47,169 nucleotides of DNA from a virus. Taxonomy: Duplodnaviria; Caudoviricetes. The notes under the pieces are model-generated. The model saw nothing but the letters and a program-made list of their open reading frames with translations, was not told the DNA's origin and did no database searches. The translations under genes and the position numbers were made by a program. The stretch covers positions 1 to 47,169 of the IMG/VR virus record IMGVR_UViG_3300032212_000024; one strand, written 5' to 3'. Shown here in pieces: positions 8,390 to 18,485 of the stretch (its first letter is position 1; each line of letters opens with the position of its first letter).

Positions 8390-10015
8390 ATGCAAGAACG
8401 ATGGTACCAATCTGAAGCAGTAAGTGAAACAATGGCGCTTCTGGTTGAAAAGCCAGAGGCCCATCCATTAATTGTTATGCCTACTGGAAGTGGCAAAAGT
8501 CACACTCTATGTAGATTTATTGATTCATATTTAACTGCCGCCCCCATAAAGAAAGTTCTTGTAATATCTCATGTCAGAGAAATACTTGAACAAGATCACA
8601 AAGCCCTTGAGGATTATTTTGAAATTGATATAGGTCTGTATTCTGCTGGGCTAGGTTCGAAAACAATAAAGAAAATAACAGTAGCAGGGATACAATCCAT
8701 CTATAGTAAGTCTGAGCTATTTGTTGATTTTGATTTAATCATAATAGATGAATGCCACCTTATCCCAACAAAGGGTGAGGGGATGTATAGGACATTTTTA
8801 AGTGAAATGTCATGGTGTACTTATGTTGGATTAACTGCAACCAACTTTAGGCTTGGGCATGGTTATATACATGAGGGTGATGGCGCACTCTTCACGGACA
8901 TTTCATACAATCTATCAGACTTTGAAAAATTCAATCGCTTAGTTGATGAAGGGTATCTTTCAAAATTAATAACAAAGAAAACTGAAGAAGAGTGGGACAC
9001 ATCTGGAATAAAAAAGACAGGTGGTGATTTTAATCTTAAAGCATTATCAGAGGCTTTTGGAAGAGAAGAGATAACAAAGGCTGCTATTGATGAAGTTTTA
9101 AGATATGGAAAGAAATTCAAGCTTTGGCTTCTATTTGCAATAGACATTGAACATGCTGAATATATATCAAAGATTTTAAATTTCAATGGAGTTAAAACTG
9201 CCTGTGTTCACTCCAAGATGGAGAATCGTGATGAAGTGATGCGCGATATAAAAGCAGGGGTGTATAGAGCAGTTGTTAATGTTGATATTTTAACTACTGG
9301 TTTTGATGCTCCGCAAATTGATTTAATAGTTTTATTGAGGCCAACTGAATCACAAGTTTTACATGTTCAAATGATAGGCCGTGGATTGAGGGTGGTCTAT
9401 GCCCCTGGGTTTGATCTTGATACAATAGAAGGTCGCCTTGCTGCTATAGAAGCAGGCCCAAAACAATTCTGTTTTGTTATGGATTTTGCTGGTAACACAG
9501 CAAAGCTTGGCCCAATTAATGATGTAAAGGTAATTCAAAAAGGCAAGAATGGAACTGGTGAAGCAGTAATAAAAACTTGCCCCAATTGTGATTCAATATG
9601 TCACCCCTCTGCTAAATTTTGTGATGGTTGTGGTCATGAATTTATTTTTAAAGAAAAAATATCAATGACTGCATCAAATCAAGATGTTGTGAAAAAAGAG
9701 CATGAGTTGGAAGAGTGGCTTGATGTTAAATCAGTTTCATATTCAATACACTCCAAAAAAGGAAGTCCATCCAGCCTTAGAGTTACATACAACACTGGTC
9801 TAGTATCCTTTAGTGAATGGGTTTGTTATGACCACTCTGGATACGCTAAACGAACAGCAAATAATTGGGTTAAGTGGCGTTGGCTAGGCCATAGAGATAA
9901 GCTACCAAGCGACCTTAAAGCCCTATATGCTAACGTTGATATACTCCGAAAGCCTAAGTCTATTTTAGTAAAGAATAGCGGGAAATTTCCCTCTATAGAG
10001 GACGCGAAATTCTAA
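8390..10015 (+). CDS. Superfamily 2 helicase (RadD/YejH-like) with zinc ribbon
   Basis: PTGSGKS, DECH, TAT, LTTGFD, QMIGRGLR and CPNC...CDGC. Confidence 0.93.
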   Translation: MQERWYQSEAVSETMALLVEKPEAHPLIVMPTGSGKSHTLCRFIDSYLTAAPIKKVLVISHVREILEQDHKALEDYFEIDIGLYSAGLGSKTIKKITVAGIQSIYSKSELFVDFDLIIIDECHLIPTKGEGMYRTFLSEMSWCTYVGLTATNFRLGHGYIHEGDGALFTDISYNLSDFEKFNRLVDEGYLSKLITKKTEEEWDTSGIKKTGGDFNLKALSEAFGREEITKAAIDEVLRYGKKFKLWLLFAIDIEHAEYISKILNFNGVKTACVHSKMENRDEVMRDIKAGVYRAVVNVDILTTGFDAPQIDLIVLLRPTESQVLHVQMIGRGLRVVYAPGFDLDTIEGRLAAIEAGPKQFCFVMDFAGNTAKLGPINDVKVIQKGKNGTGEAVIKTCPNCDSICHPSAKFCDGCGHEFIFKEKISMTASNQDVVKKEHELEEWLDVKSVSYSIHSKKGSPSSLRVTYNTGLVSFSEWVCYDHSGYAKRTANNWVKWRWLGHRDKLPSDLKALYANVDILRKPKSILVKNSGKFPSIEDAKF

Positions 10016-10146
10016 TCAGGCTTAATCAGAAGCCAGCAGCCTAGCGTTTAAATAAAACTAAGGGCCTACTATAGGATAGAGTAGAAAGGCGCTAGGAAGG
10101 GCTTAGGATTAGAATAATAAAACGCTAATATAGATATTAAAGATGT

Positions 10147-10174
10147 AAAAAAGCCCGGATTAACCAGGCTTTTT
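10147..10174. terminator. Bidirectional terminator between convergent genes
   Basis: AAAAAAGCCCGG-ATTAA-CCAGGCTTTTT. Confidence 0.75.
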
Positions 10175-10192
10175 AATAACTACTGAAAAGTA

Positions 10193-11023
10193 TTAGCTAG
10201 CAAATTTGCGAGCAAATTCCAGAGAAGCAGTTGCCAATGCAACGTGCTTGGCCAATTGACCTTCAGTGATTTCAGGCTTGAGGACTTGAATTTGAGCAGT
10301 GATCGCTTCAGCATTACAATCACGATTTTCCAGCATCCAATCCTGAACCTTTTTCTGAATGCCACCACCTGAACCGCCACCACCGCGTTTTCCACCTTTA
10401 GCTTTTGGTAGCTCAATTTCATTTGCTTTGGCAAATTTGCGAATAGCAGCCATCGCCTGCTTTTCAGTAGAGCCAGCAACTTCACCAACAATACGCTCAA
10501 CCATTTCTTGAACATCTTCTGGAGACTCTGGAGAGAAGCCGATGACATTGCCATCTTCATCTTCAACACCAGCAAGAATTGTTGCAGCAGTTTCAGCAAC
10601 TGTCTTTGAGCTTGCAGCATAGCCCTTATTTTCCATCACAGCTTTCCAAAGCTTACCAGCAGCCTTAAAAGATACACCGCGATTTACAATTTCAACCAGC
10701 ATTTCATCTTCAGATTGGCCAGCTGCTACACCAGCATCAACAATTTCTTCAACAATTTGTGTGTCAGTCATTTTATTTACCTTTGGTAGTTTAAGTTCAC
10801 TCAAGTGGGCCATTAGCCCGGTTACAAGGTCACCATGCTTAACTTTTCTTGGCACCGTCATTTTATTAGCATTGGCAATTTCTGTGAGGGTGGCTATTGT
10901 AAAGCCTTCTGCCTCTTCTTGTGTAAGAATAAATTCACCATCCTCCACAGAAGCAGTTACAAATTCACCAGAACGCAGTGCTTTAAAGTTTCCATTTACT
11001 AAATATTTTTCACTCATTTTCAC
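10193..11023 (-). CDS. Hypothetical protein, possibly DNA-binding
   Basis: 276-aa ORF with AAACTGGAG RBS and a Gly-rich linker before a small helical domain. Confidence 0.8.
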   Translation of the reverse strand: MKMSEKYLVNGNFKALRSGEFVTASVEDGEFILTQEEAEGFTIATLTEIANANKMTVPRKVKHGDLVTGLMAHLSELKLPKVNKMTDTQIVEEIVDAGVAAGQSEDEMLVEIVNRGVSFKAAGKLWKAVMENKGYAASSKTVAETAATILAGVEDEDGNVIGFSPESPEDVQEMVERIVGEVAGSTEKQAMAAIRKFAKANEIELPKAKGGKRGGGGSGGGIQKKVQDWMLENRDCNAEAITAQIQVLKPEITEGQLAKHVALATASLEFARKFAS

Positions 11024-11276
11024 TCTCCAGTTTAAATTAAGCCTTATCTAATCCCCTTCGGATTAGTCTTTAATACTACTTTATTTGGATCAAAAAATCT
11101 ACTTTATTTTACAAAATAAATTCCTACTACATTTTACACTACAAGTCTATAGCTTATATAAACAAACTCTCATACTATTTCCAACCATCTTAAAGCTTAG
11201 TGTTATGCCAAGTTTTTCTGCTAAGTCTCTGGCATCTGTTAATTTCACATCACTTTTGAAAGTTGCTATGATCATT

Positions 11277-11459
11277 TTAAATCAACTCCATTAGGTAGTC
11301 TAGCTCAAGTCCAAAATGCTCCATGCAAATTTCTTCAGCAGATTCCATGTCGCCATTATCAAGGTGATCTTGCAATTCTGACTTTGCATTTTCAATCAAC
11401 TCATCTGCCTCATCACTGTTGATCCCACCACACTTCATTATTGCTTGTTTAATTCCCAT
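11277..11459 (-). CDS. Small acidic hypothetical protein
   Basis: AAGGAGGT RBS. Confidence 0.75.
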   Translation of the reverse strand: MGIKQAIMKCGGINSDEADELIENAKSELQDHLDNGDMESAEEICMEHFGLELDYLMELI

Positions 11460-11539
11460 TTTGCACCTCCTTATACAGCCTTAGCTTATCACCAAAAGAA
11501 AAACCTTTTATATCACCCCTCAATGCTTCACTTGTCACC

Positions 11540-11779
11540 TCACTCACCTCCAACAAAATCAAAGCCATCAGAATTTGGATCAATATCATTAAAACTGCAA
11601 TATAGAATCCAATAGCCACACTCAACAAAAACTTCCTTTAAGTCATCAAATCTTTTAGCTCTGATTTGAACTCTGTCATTATCCAGAGAATCATTTTTGT
11701 GAGTGGTTTGAAGAGTATGGATTGTGCGATCCATATTGTTTGAAAGTTGTTCCATATTCATTTTAGTTGGGCTTTTCAT
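11540..11779 (-). CDS. Hypothetical protein
   Basis: AAGGAG RBS downstream of a predicted promoter. Confidence 0.7.
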   Translation of the reverse strand: MKSPTKMNMEQLSNNMDRTIHTLQTTHKNDSLDNDRVQIRAKRFDDLKEVFVECGYWILYCSFNDIDPNSDGFDFVGGE

Positions 11780-11817
11780 TTTCTTTCTCCTTTTGGTTTT
11801 TCTCTCAACTTACAAAT

Positions 11818-11846
11818 AGTTTAGTGGTTTGAACTTTGAAAGTAAA
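11818..11846 (-). promoter_or_regulatory. Sigma70-like promoter
   Basis: TTTACT-N17-TAAACT on the minus strand. Confidence 0.55.
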
Positions 11847-12161
11847 GCAATTTTACAACTATTTTTGAACTTTTTCACTTTTTCTTTACAAATCAACTAC
11901 TTAAGCCACAAAATAATTCAATTTAGACTAATTCTAAAGACTTGAAATTGGCTATATCCAATAAAATCAATAACTTAGATTTGAATAAAAATATAACACT
12001 TCTATACTCGCCTATATATAAAAGAATAAGGGGATATCCCCGAAGATCGGCGTTATAGGAAGGCTATATCTGGTCAACCTTAAGATTTTCGTTTTTAGGG
12101 CTATTCCCTTGAGCTTTATATAGAGAGAAAATATAGACCTATTTAACTATGAGGTGATAAC

Positions 12162-13100
12162 ATGATAATTCTTGGAGCTGGAATGGCTGGTTGTTTGGCA
12201 GGGGCTTTAAATCCAAAAGCTAATATTCTTGAAGCTGCTAATGAAATTCCAAATCACCACAAAGCAGTTTTGCGTTTCCGTGATGATAAAATTAGCTGCG
12301 CTCTTGGCATAGACTTCAAACCAGTTACAGTGCGAAAGGCTATTTGGTATGAATCATCTGAAGTGCCTCCAGCACCACGGTGGTCAAATCTTTATAGCCA
12401 AAAAGTAACAGGCAAAATTCTTGATCGTTCAATAAATAATTTGGATGCTGTTACTCGCTACATTGCCCCATCTGATTTTCATTTAATGCTTGGTGAAATG
12501 TGCCATGGCAGGATTGAATTTAATTCTATTGTAAGTGAAATTACACCACTTGTTATTAAAACAAAAGATCAGCAAGTGACAATGCGCTCTGATCAAAAAA
12601 TAATTTCAACAATGCCAATGCCAATTCTGTTAAAGGCCATTGGCATTGATTTTGATCAAGATTTTTCCCACGCACCCATCAATGTCACAAGATTTGAAAT
12701 TGAAGATTGTGATGTTCACCAAACTATTTATTATCCAGATCATGATTTGTCTGTCTATAGAGCAACACTAACTGGCAACCAATTGATTATTGAATCAGTA
12801 GGTGATATTGAAGACAATGATATATACGCAGTTGGAATGAGCCTTGGACTCAGAGCAAAAGATTTTTGTGATATTGAAGGTAAAAAGACAGAGCAACAAT
12901 ATGGCAAGATAGCACCAATAAGTGATGCTTGGCGCAAAAATGCTATCTATAAGCTTTCAAGTGATTTTAACATTTATAGCTTAGGTCGTTTTGCCATATG
13001 GAAAAATATTCTACTTGATGATGTTTATGATGATATTTACAAAGTTAGAAGATTGATGAACAAAGGGCTATATGATGCACAACTGGAGGAAATAAAATGA
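12162..13100 (+). CDS. FAD/NAD(P)-dependent oxidoreductase-like protein
   Basis: N-terminal GAGMAG dinucleotide-binding motif; C-terminal SLGRFAIWK resembles UDP-galactopyranose mutase/amine oxidase-type flavoproteins. Confidence 0.75.
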   Translation: MIILGAGMAGCLAGALNPKANILEAANEIPNHHKAVLRFRDDKISCALGIDFKPVTVRKAIWYESSEVPPAPRWSNLYSQKVTGKILDRSINNLDAVTRYIAPSDFHLMLGEMCHGRIEFNSIVSEITPLVIKTKDQQVTMRSDQKIISTMPMPILLKAIGIDFDQDFSHAPINVTRFEIEDCDVHQTIYYPDHDLSVYRATLTGNQLIIESVGDIEDNDIYAVGMSLGLRAKDFCDIEGKKTEQQYGKIAPISDAWRKNAIYKLSSDFNIYSLGRFAIWKNILLDDVYDDIYKVRRLMNKGLYDAQLEEIK

Positions 13101-13852
13101 AAGTAACACTGGTAAATTACACACCAAATGCAGTTGATCTGCTTCTTATGACAAAAAACACTCGTTTAAAAAATGACGAGATTGTTAATGATTGGCCTAA
13201 AGAACGCAAGATGGAAGAACTTGCATACATGAGAGATACAATCAAAAGCTCTTGGGAGTTTGTTGATTATGTTTTCATGATTGAAGAAGTTAGTCGAGCA
13301 TTTACACATCAATTGGTACGCACCCGTACTGCTTCATTTGCACAAGAATCACAGCGCACAGTTGATGTTAGTGATGCAGGATTTCACTCACCTGATTTTG
13401 AGCAAAAAGAGCACCAAGGTTATTATGATATGTCAATTACAAATTCAATTGATGATTATGATACTATGGTAAAAGGTGGCATTCAAATTCAAGATGCTCG
13501 TGGTGTGTTGCCCACTGCCATTCACACAAACATTTTCATGAAGGCTAACTTGCGTACAATGGCACAAATGGCTGAGACGCGACTATGCACACGGGCACAA
13601 GGTGAATATCAAGATGTGTTCCGTGCTATGCGGGATGCCATCATTGAAGTTCATCCATGGGCAGAAGACTTCATTAATGTCTATTGTGTTAATACTGGTG
13701 TGTGTTGCTTCCCACGCTATACAGAGTGCCCAATGCAAAAGCATACTGTTAAAATTGATGCTCTTTCTATTGCAAAGGGAAATTTAAAGAGGGAATTTAA
13801 CAGAACTAGACATGAAGCTACGCCAGTGGCCAAGAACGGGAAAACAATGTGA
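13097..13852 (+). CDS. thyX: ThyX-family flavin-dependent thymidylate synthase (variant motif)
   Basis: SSWEF, SRAFTHQLVRTR-x7-S-QR, DARGVLP, NLR and RLC..AQGE. Confidence 0.85.
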   Translation: MKVTLVNYTPNAVDLLLMTKNTRLKNDEIVNDWPKERKMEELAYMRDTIKSSWEFVDYVFMIEEVSRAFTHQLVRTRTASFAQESQRTVDVSDAGFHSPDFEQKEHQGYYDMSITNSIDDYDTMVKGGIQIQDARGVLPTAIHTNIFMKANLRTMAQMAETRLCTRAQGEYQDVFRAMRDAIIEVHPWAEDFINVYCVNTGVCCFPRYTECPMQKHTVKIDALSIAKGNLKREFNRTRHEATPVAKNGKTM

Positions 13853-14364
13853 TGAAAAGTGTAATTTTTGATTTAGATGGAACGCTGGCTGATGTAAGAC
13901 ATCGCAGACATCACTTGAACAAACCAGCAATGGAAATTCAGTGTTGCTATGAACATGAGTGCACACTTTGTGGTGGAACAGGTGGATACTTACAGGGCGA
14001 AAAACCAGATTGGGATTCTTGGAATAGTGAAATGCACTTAGATGGCCTTGTTGAAGGAGTTTATGAAATGTATTTGTATCACAAAGACCAAGGCCACAAA
14101 ATTATAATTTGTACAGGTAGATTTTCAACATATTCAAAGGTTACTATTGATTGGCTTGAAAAAAATAACATTGAGCCAAATATATTGCTCATGAGACCAG
14201 AAGGCAATTATAATTCTGATTATGTTGTTAAAAAAGAAATGCTAGATTATTTAAGGGCAATTGGTTGTAATCCACACTTGGCATATGATGATCGTGATTC
14301 TGTTGTTAAAATGTGGCGTGATCAAGGGCTAACATGTTTTCAAGTAGCTGAAGGAGCATTCTGA
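13849..14364 (+). CDS. HAD-family phosphatase (PNKP 3'-phosphatase-like)
   Basis: DLDGT, CTGR, LLMR...K and YDDR motifs. Confidence 0.88.
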   Translation: MMKSVIFDLDGTLADVRHRRHHLNKPAMEIQCCYEHECTLCGGTGGYLQGEKPDWDSWNSEMHLDGLVEGVYEMYLYHKDQGHKIIICTGRFSTYSKVTIDWLEKNNIEPNILLMRPEGNYNSDYVVKKEMLDYLRAIGCNPHLAYDDRDSVVKMWRDQGLTCFQVAEGAF

Positions 14365-14609
14365 TGGGAGGTGGTGAAAATAACAATAAAAATTTAAAGG
14401 CACTTGATGTGCAGATTGATGGAAATCACTATAAGGATATGAAGATTCAACCAATTGAATTTTGCCATGCAAATGAACTTGGGGGTGCTGAAAGCGCAGC
14501 AATAAAATACATTTGCAGGCACAGAAATAAAAATGGCAAGGCTGATTTAAAAAAAGCAATTCACACATTGCAAATTTTAATTGAATTGGAATATGGAGAA
14601 GAAAAATGA
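14364..14609 (+). CDS. DUF3310 / SaV-like protein
   Basis: QIDGNHY...IQPIEF...AIKYICR...KNG..DLKKA. Confidence 0.85.
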   Translation: MGGGENNNKNLKALDVQIDGNHYKDMKIQPIEFCHANELGGAESAAIKYICRHRNKNGKADLKKAIHTLQILIELEYGEEK

Positions 14610-15103
14610 ATGTACAAGAATTATTCAAGTTAGGCATGAAGCGTGATATACCAGAATTACTTGATTTTCCAAATGGGCCATTCAATACAATAATTAATGT
14701 TGGGTGCGGGAATACTCACATTGAAGGAACAATTGGAGTTGATTATCCTGAGTGGGATGCTGATAAAGATGCTTTGCCATTTTCTGATGATTCTATTGAT
14801 GGCATCCACGCTTATCATTTTCTTGAGCATTGTAAAGAGCCTGTAAAAATTCTTCAAGAATTTCAGAGAGTTTTAAAACCAGGTGGTGTAGTCAACATTG
14901 TTGTTCCATACTACTCATCTTTGCTACAGGCACAAGATTTGGACCACAAGCACTCATTCACAGAAGAAACATGGAAAACTCTTTTCAATAATCAATACTA
15001 CAATAAGAATAAAATTGAGTGGAAATTTCACATTGGCACCAATATCATCATTGGTGTGGTTGAACGCAATATGTGTTTAATGACACAGTTGATAAAGGAA
15101 TGA
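14606..15103 (+). CDS. Class I SAM-dependent methyltransferase-like protein
   Basis: NVGCG, LPFSDDSID, HFLEH and RVLKPGG. Confidence 0.88.
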   Translation: MNVQELFKLGMKRDIPELLDFPNGPFNTIINVGCGNTHIEGTIGVDYPEWDADKDALPFSDDSIDGIHAYHFLEHCKEPVKILQEFQRVLKPGGVVNIVVPYYSSLLQAQDLDHKHSFTEETWKTLFNNQYYNKNKIEWKFHIGTNIIIGVVERNMCLMTQLIKE

Positions 15104-15669
15104 AAATGACAATGCCATTTGATGGTGATTTTATCATCTTTGATACAGAGACAACTGGCCTAACTCAACCTAGTGCTGCTGACATTTCTCAGCAACCTTT
15201 TATAACAGAATTATATGGAATTAGAATTGATAAAGATTGGAATATGGTTAGTGAATTTGAAACATTTGTAAAGCCGCCAATTCCAATTCCTGAAGAGGTT
15301 GTTAAGATCACGAGCATCACTGATGAAATGGTAAAAGATGCGCCATCTTTTATTCAAATTTTTGATGAACTGGCTCAATTTTTTCTTGGTGCTGAAACAG
15401 CAGTTGCTCACAATGCTACTTTTGATCTTGAAGTTTTACAATGGGAATTAACTAGACATGGATTGGAATACAAGTTTCCATGGCCGCCTAGAAATGACTG
15501 TACAATAGAGTTAAGCTTTCCTATTGAAAATAAAAGTTTGAAGTTATCTAGGCTTCATGAAATAGCAACTGGAAGGCCACACTTTGATGGCGCTCATCGC
15601 GCTAAAAATGATGTTATGGCTACTGTTAGATGTTATAAATGGCTTTCTGAAAAAGGCTTTGTGAAATGA
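15100..15669 (+). CDS. DnaQ-like DEDDh 3'-5' exonuclease (Pol III epsilon-like)
   Basis: DTETTG, AHNATFD and HRAKND. Confidence 0.92.
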   Translation: MKMTMPFDGDFIIFDTETTGLTQPSAADISQQPFITELYGIRIDKDWNMVSEFETFVKPPIPIPEEVVKITSITDEMVKDAPSFIQIFDELAQFFLGAETAVAHNATFDLEVLQWELTRHGLEYKFPWPPRNDCTIELSFPIENKSLKLSRLHEIATGRPHFDGAHRAKNDVMATVRCYKWLSEKGFVK

Positions 15670-18485
15670 AAGAAATGTTAAATTTAGCATTAAGGACTGA
15701 ATATTCATTCAAGAAAACCTATGGCTATATTGATGGTGTTCACAAATACTCAAATGGAATTGCTGTGGGTGTGGCTGATATCAATAATACATTTGGCCAT
15801 GTAAAGCTAGAACAACTCTCAAAGAAGCATGGATTTAAGCCAATTTATGGCGTTCGCTTGATGGTTGTTGAAGATGCTACTTTGAAAGGCCGCCAGCGAT
15901 ACCACGGGCCAGTTTGTGTTTTCATTGCAAAGAATATTTCTGGGCTTCGTGAAATATACCGACTTGTTGATTTGGCATATAAGCAGCATCATTATTGGCC
16001 AAGAATTGATGTCCATGATCTTGCAGAAATTTCACCTGATGTTATTGTGATTGCTGAGAATTTTACTGAGAAGATGAGGGTTGATTATATAGCACTAACT
16101 GCTTCAACACCAAGGATTATAGCAGATCAAGACTTTGGTATTCCAAAAGTTGCAATGAATAATAATTATTATCCAACTCCAATTGACAAGCCAGTGTATG
16201 AGTTACTTTCAGAAAATGGCTTCAAGCATACATATCCACAACATGTTTTATCAACTGAAGAGTGGTTCAGAATTTGGAAGGATGAAGAGGCAATTAACAA
16301 TACGCATGTTATTGCAGATCAATGTGAGCATTTTGAAATAGAAAAAGCGCCAATGGTAAAATACACTGGCATGATGAATATAAATTCATTAGTTAAAAAT
16401 GGCGCAAAGAAAAAAGGCATTGACTTAAAACAAAAAGAATATAGTGAAAGACTTGAAAGAGAATTGAATTTAATCAAAGAAAAAGATTATGGTGATTATT
16501 TTCTTGTTGTTGCTGATATGATCAAAAAGGCTAAGCAAAAAGGCATATTTGTTGGCCCATCCCGTGGGTCATCAGCAGGGTCGCTGGTTTGTTATTTGAT
16601 GGGCATAACTGAGATTGATCCAATCCCATTTGGGTTAATATTTGAGCGTTTCATTGATATCAATCGTGCAGATTTGCCAGATATTGATGTTGACTTTCCA
16701 GACAACAAAAGAAAGGATGTTATCAAGCAACTTGTAAAAGATTATGGTGAAGACAAAGTTGGGCACATAGCAACAATAGCAAAGTTAAAGCCAAAATCTG
16801 CAATAGGTGAATTTGCAAAAGGACTTGGCATACCACCATATGAAACTGCTGATGTAAAGGATGCAATCATTGAGCGTAGTGGTGGCGATGCTCGTGCTGC
16901 TATGTGCATAATGGATACTTTTGAGACAACTGAAGTTGGCAAACACTTTCTAAAAAAATATCCATCAATGAAGTTAGTTGAAAAGATAGAAAATCACTCT
17001 CGTCACGCTGGTGTTCATGCTGCTGGCATAATAGTTTGTAACAACTCAATAGCAAATTATGCTGGTGTAAATTCACGCGATGATATGATCATGGTTGATA
17101 AAAAAGAGGCTGAGTATTTAAACCTTTTAAAGATTGATGTTCTTGGATTAAGAACACTTGCTGTTCTTTCTGATTGTGCTAAGTTAGCAGGATTTGATCC
17201 ACTATCATTTTATGATTTGCCACTTGATGACAAGAAAACATTTGAAACAATAACAGAAGGTAGGTGGTCAGGCATATTCCAATTTGAAGGACAGGCACTT
17301 CAATTTGTAACAAGACAGATTGGCGTTTATGAATTTAATGACATTGTTGCTATAACTGCACTAGCAAGACCAGGCTCGATGAACTCAGGTGGAACAAATA
17401 AATATATAAAACACAAGCTTGGTGAAGAGCAGCCTGTTTATTTTGATGAACTGCATGAAAAAATAACTGGTGAAACTTTTGGCGTAACAGTTTATCAAGA
17501 GCAGATGATGAATATGGCAAAAGAGATTGGTGCCATGAGTTGGGAAGATGTTTCTGACCTTCGTAAAGCAGCATCAAAATCTCTTGGTGATGAATTCTTT
17601 GCAAAATACAAAGATAAGTTCATAGATGGTGCAGTAGAAAAGAATGGGTACAAGATTGAAGATGCAATGACAATGTGGTCAGATATACAACATTCTGGAT
17701 CATGGATTTTTAACAAATCTCATGCAGTGAGTTATGCTCTTATATCTTATTGGACTGCCTGGGCAAAAACTCACCACCCACTTGAATTTGCAGCAGCTAA
17801 TTTAAATAATGCCCGTGATGAGGACTCAGCACTCAGGCTGCTGCGAGACATGGTAAAGAATGATGGCATTGAGTACACAGCAATTGACCCAGATAACTCA
17901 GTTGAAGAATGGTCAATAGCAGATGGAAAATTAGTTGGTGGGTTGATGACAATTAAGGGCATTGGAATCAAAAAGGCCAGAGACATAATAAAAAGAAGAA
18001 CAGAAGGCTTGCCATTTACACCATCAATGGTAAAGATGTTGATGAATCCTGAAACAATATTTTCTTCTCTATTTCCTTGCAAAGATAGGTGGGGGAAAAT
18101 ATATGATAGCCCAAGAGAATTTGGATTAAGAAAGCCACCTCAGCTTATTGAAGAAATTGAAAGTGGAGATTGTCATATAATTGGCAAAGTCATTAGTCGA
18201 GATTTAAGAGACAGAAATGATTACCAATCAATACAAAAGCGTGGTGGAAAAAGAGTTGATAAAAATCAATTCTATTTAAAGCTATATGTTGAAGATGACA
18301 CTGATTCAATTATGTGTATGATAAGCCCACAAGATTTTGATAAATTAAATGGTCAGCATTTATCAGAAACTTTGAAAGAAGGTGAGACTTGGGTTATGGT
18401 AAAAGGCTCTATCAAAAGTGATTGGCGAATGATAACAGTAAAAGAAATATTGAATTTGAATGAGTGGGAGAAGAAAAATGTTTGA
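15666..18485 (+). CDS. dnaE: DNA polymerase III alpha subunit (family C)
   Basis: Degenerate PHP domain, RGSSAGS, PDIDVD, HAAG, KIDVLGL, FNKSHAVSY and a C-terminal OB fold. Confidence 0.95.
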   Translation: MKEMLNLALRTEYSFKKTYGYIDGVHKYSNGIAVGVADINNTFGHVKLEQLSKKHGFKPIYGVRLMVVEDATLKGRQRYHGPVCVFIAKNISGLREIYRLVDLAYKQHHYWPRIDVHDLAEISPDVIVIAENFTEKMRVDYIALTASTPRIIADQDFGIPKVAMNNNYYPTPIDKPVYELLSENGFKHTYPQHVLSTEEWFRIWKDEEAINNTHVIADQCEHFEIEKAPMVKYTGMMNINSLVKNGAKKKGIDLKQKEYSERLERELNLIKEKDYGDYFLVVADMIKKAKQKGIFVGPSRGSSAGSLVCYLMGITEIDPIPFGLIFERFIDINRADLPDIDVDFPDNKRKDVIKQLVKDYGEDKVGHIATIAKLKPKSAIGEFAKGLGIPPYETADVKDAIIERSGGDARAAMCIMDTFETTEVGKHFLKKYPSMKLVEKIENHSRHAGVHAAGIIVCNNSIANYAGVNSRDDMIMVDKKEAEYLNLLKIDVLGLRTLAVLSDCAKLAGFDPLSFYDLPLDDKKTFETITEGRWSGIFQFEGQALQFVTRQIGVYEFNDIVAITALARPGSMNSGGTNKYIKHKLGEEQPVYFDELHEKITGETFGVTVYQEQMMNMAKEIGAMSWEDVSDLRKAASKSLGDEFFAKYKDKFIDGAVEKNGYKIEDAMTMWSDIQHSGSWIFNKSHAVSYALISYWTAWAKTHHPLEFAAANLNNARDEDSALRLLRDMVKNDGIEYTAIDPDNSVEEWSIADGKLVGGLMTIKGIGIKKARDIIKRRTEGLPFTPSMVKMLMNPETIFSSLFPCKDRWGKIYDSPREFGLRKPPQLIEEIESGDCHIIGKVISRDLRDRNDYQSIQKRGGKRVDKNQFYLKLYVEDDTDSIMCMISPQDFDKLNGQHLSETLKEGETWVMVKGSIKSDWRMITVKEILNLNEWEKKNV

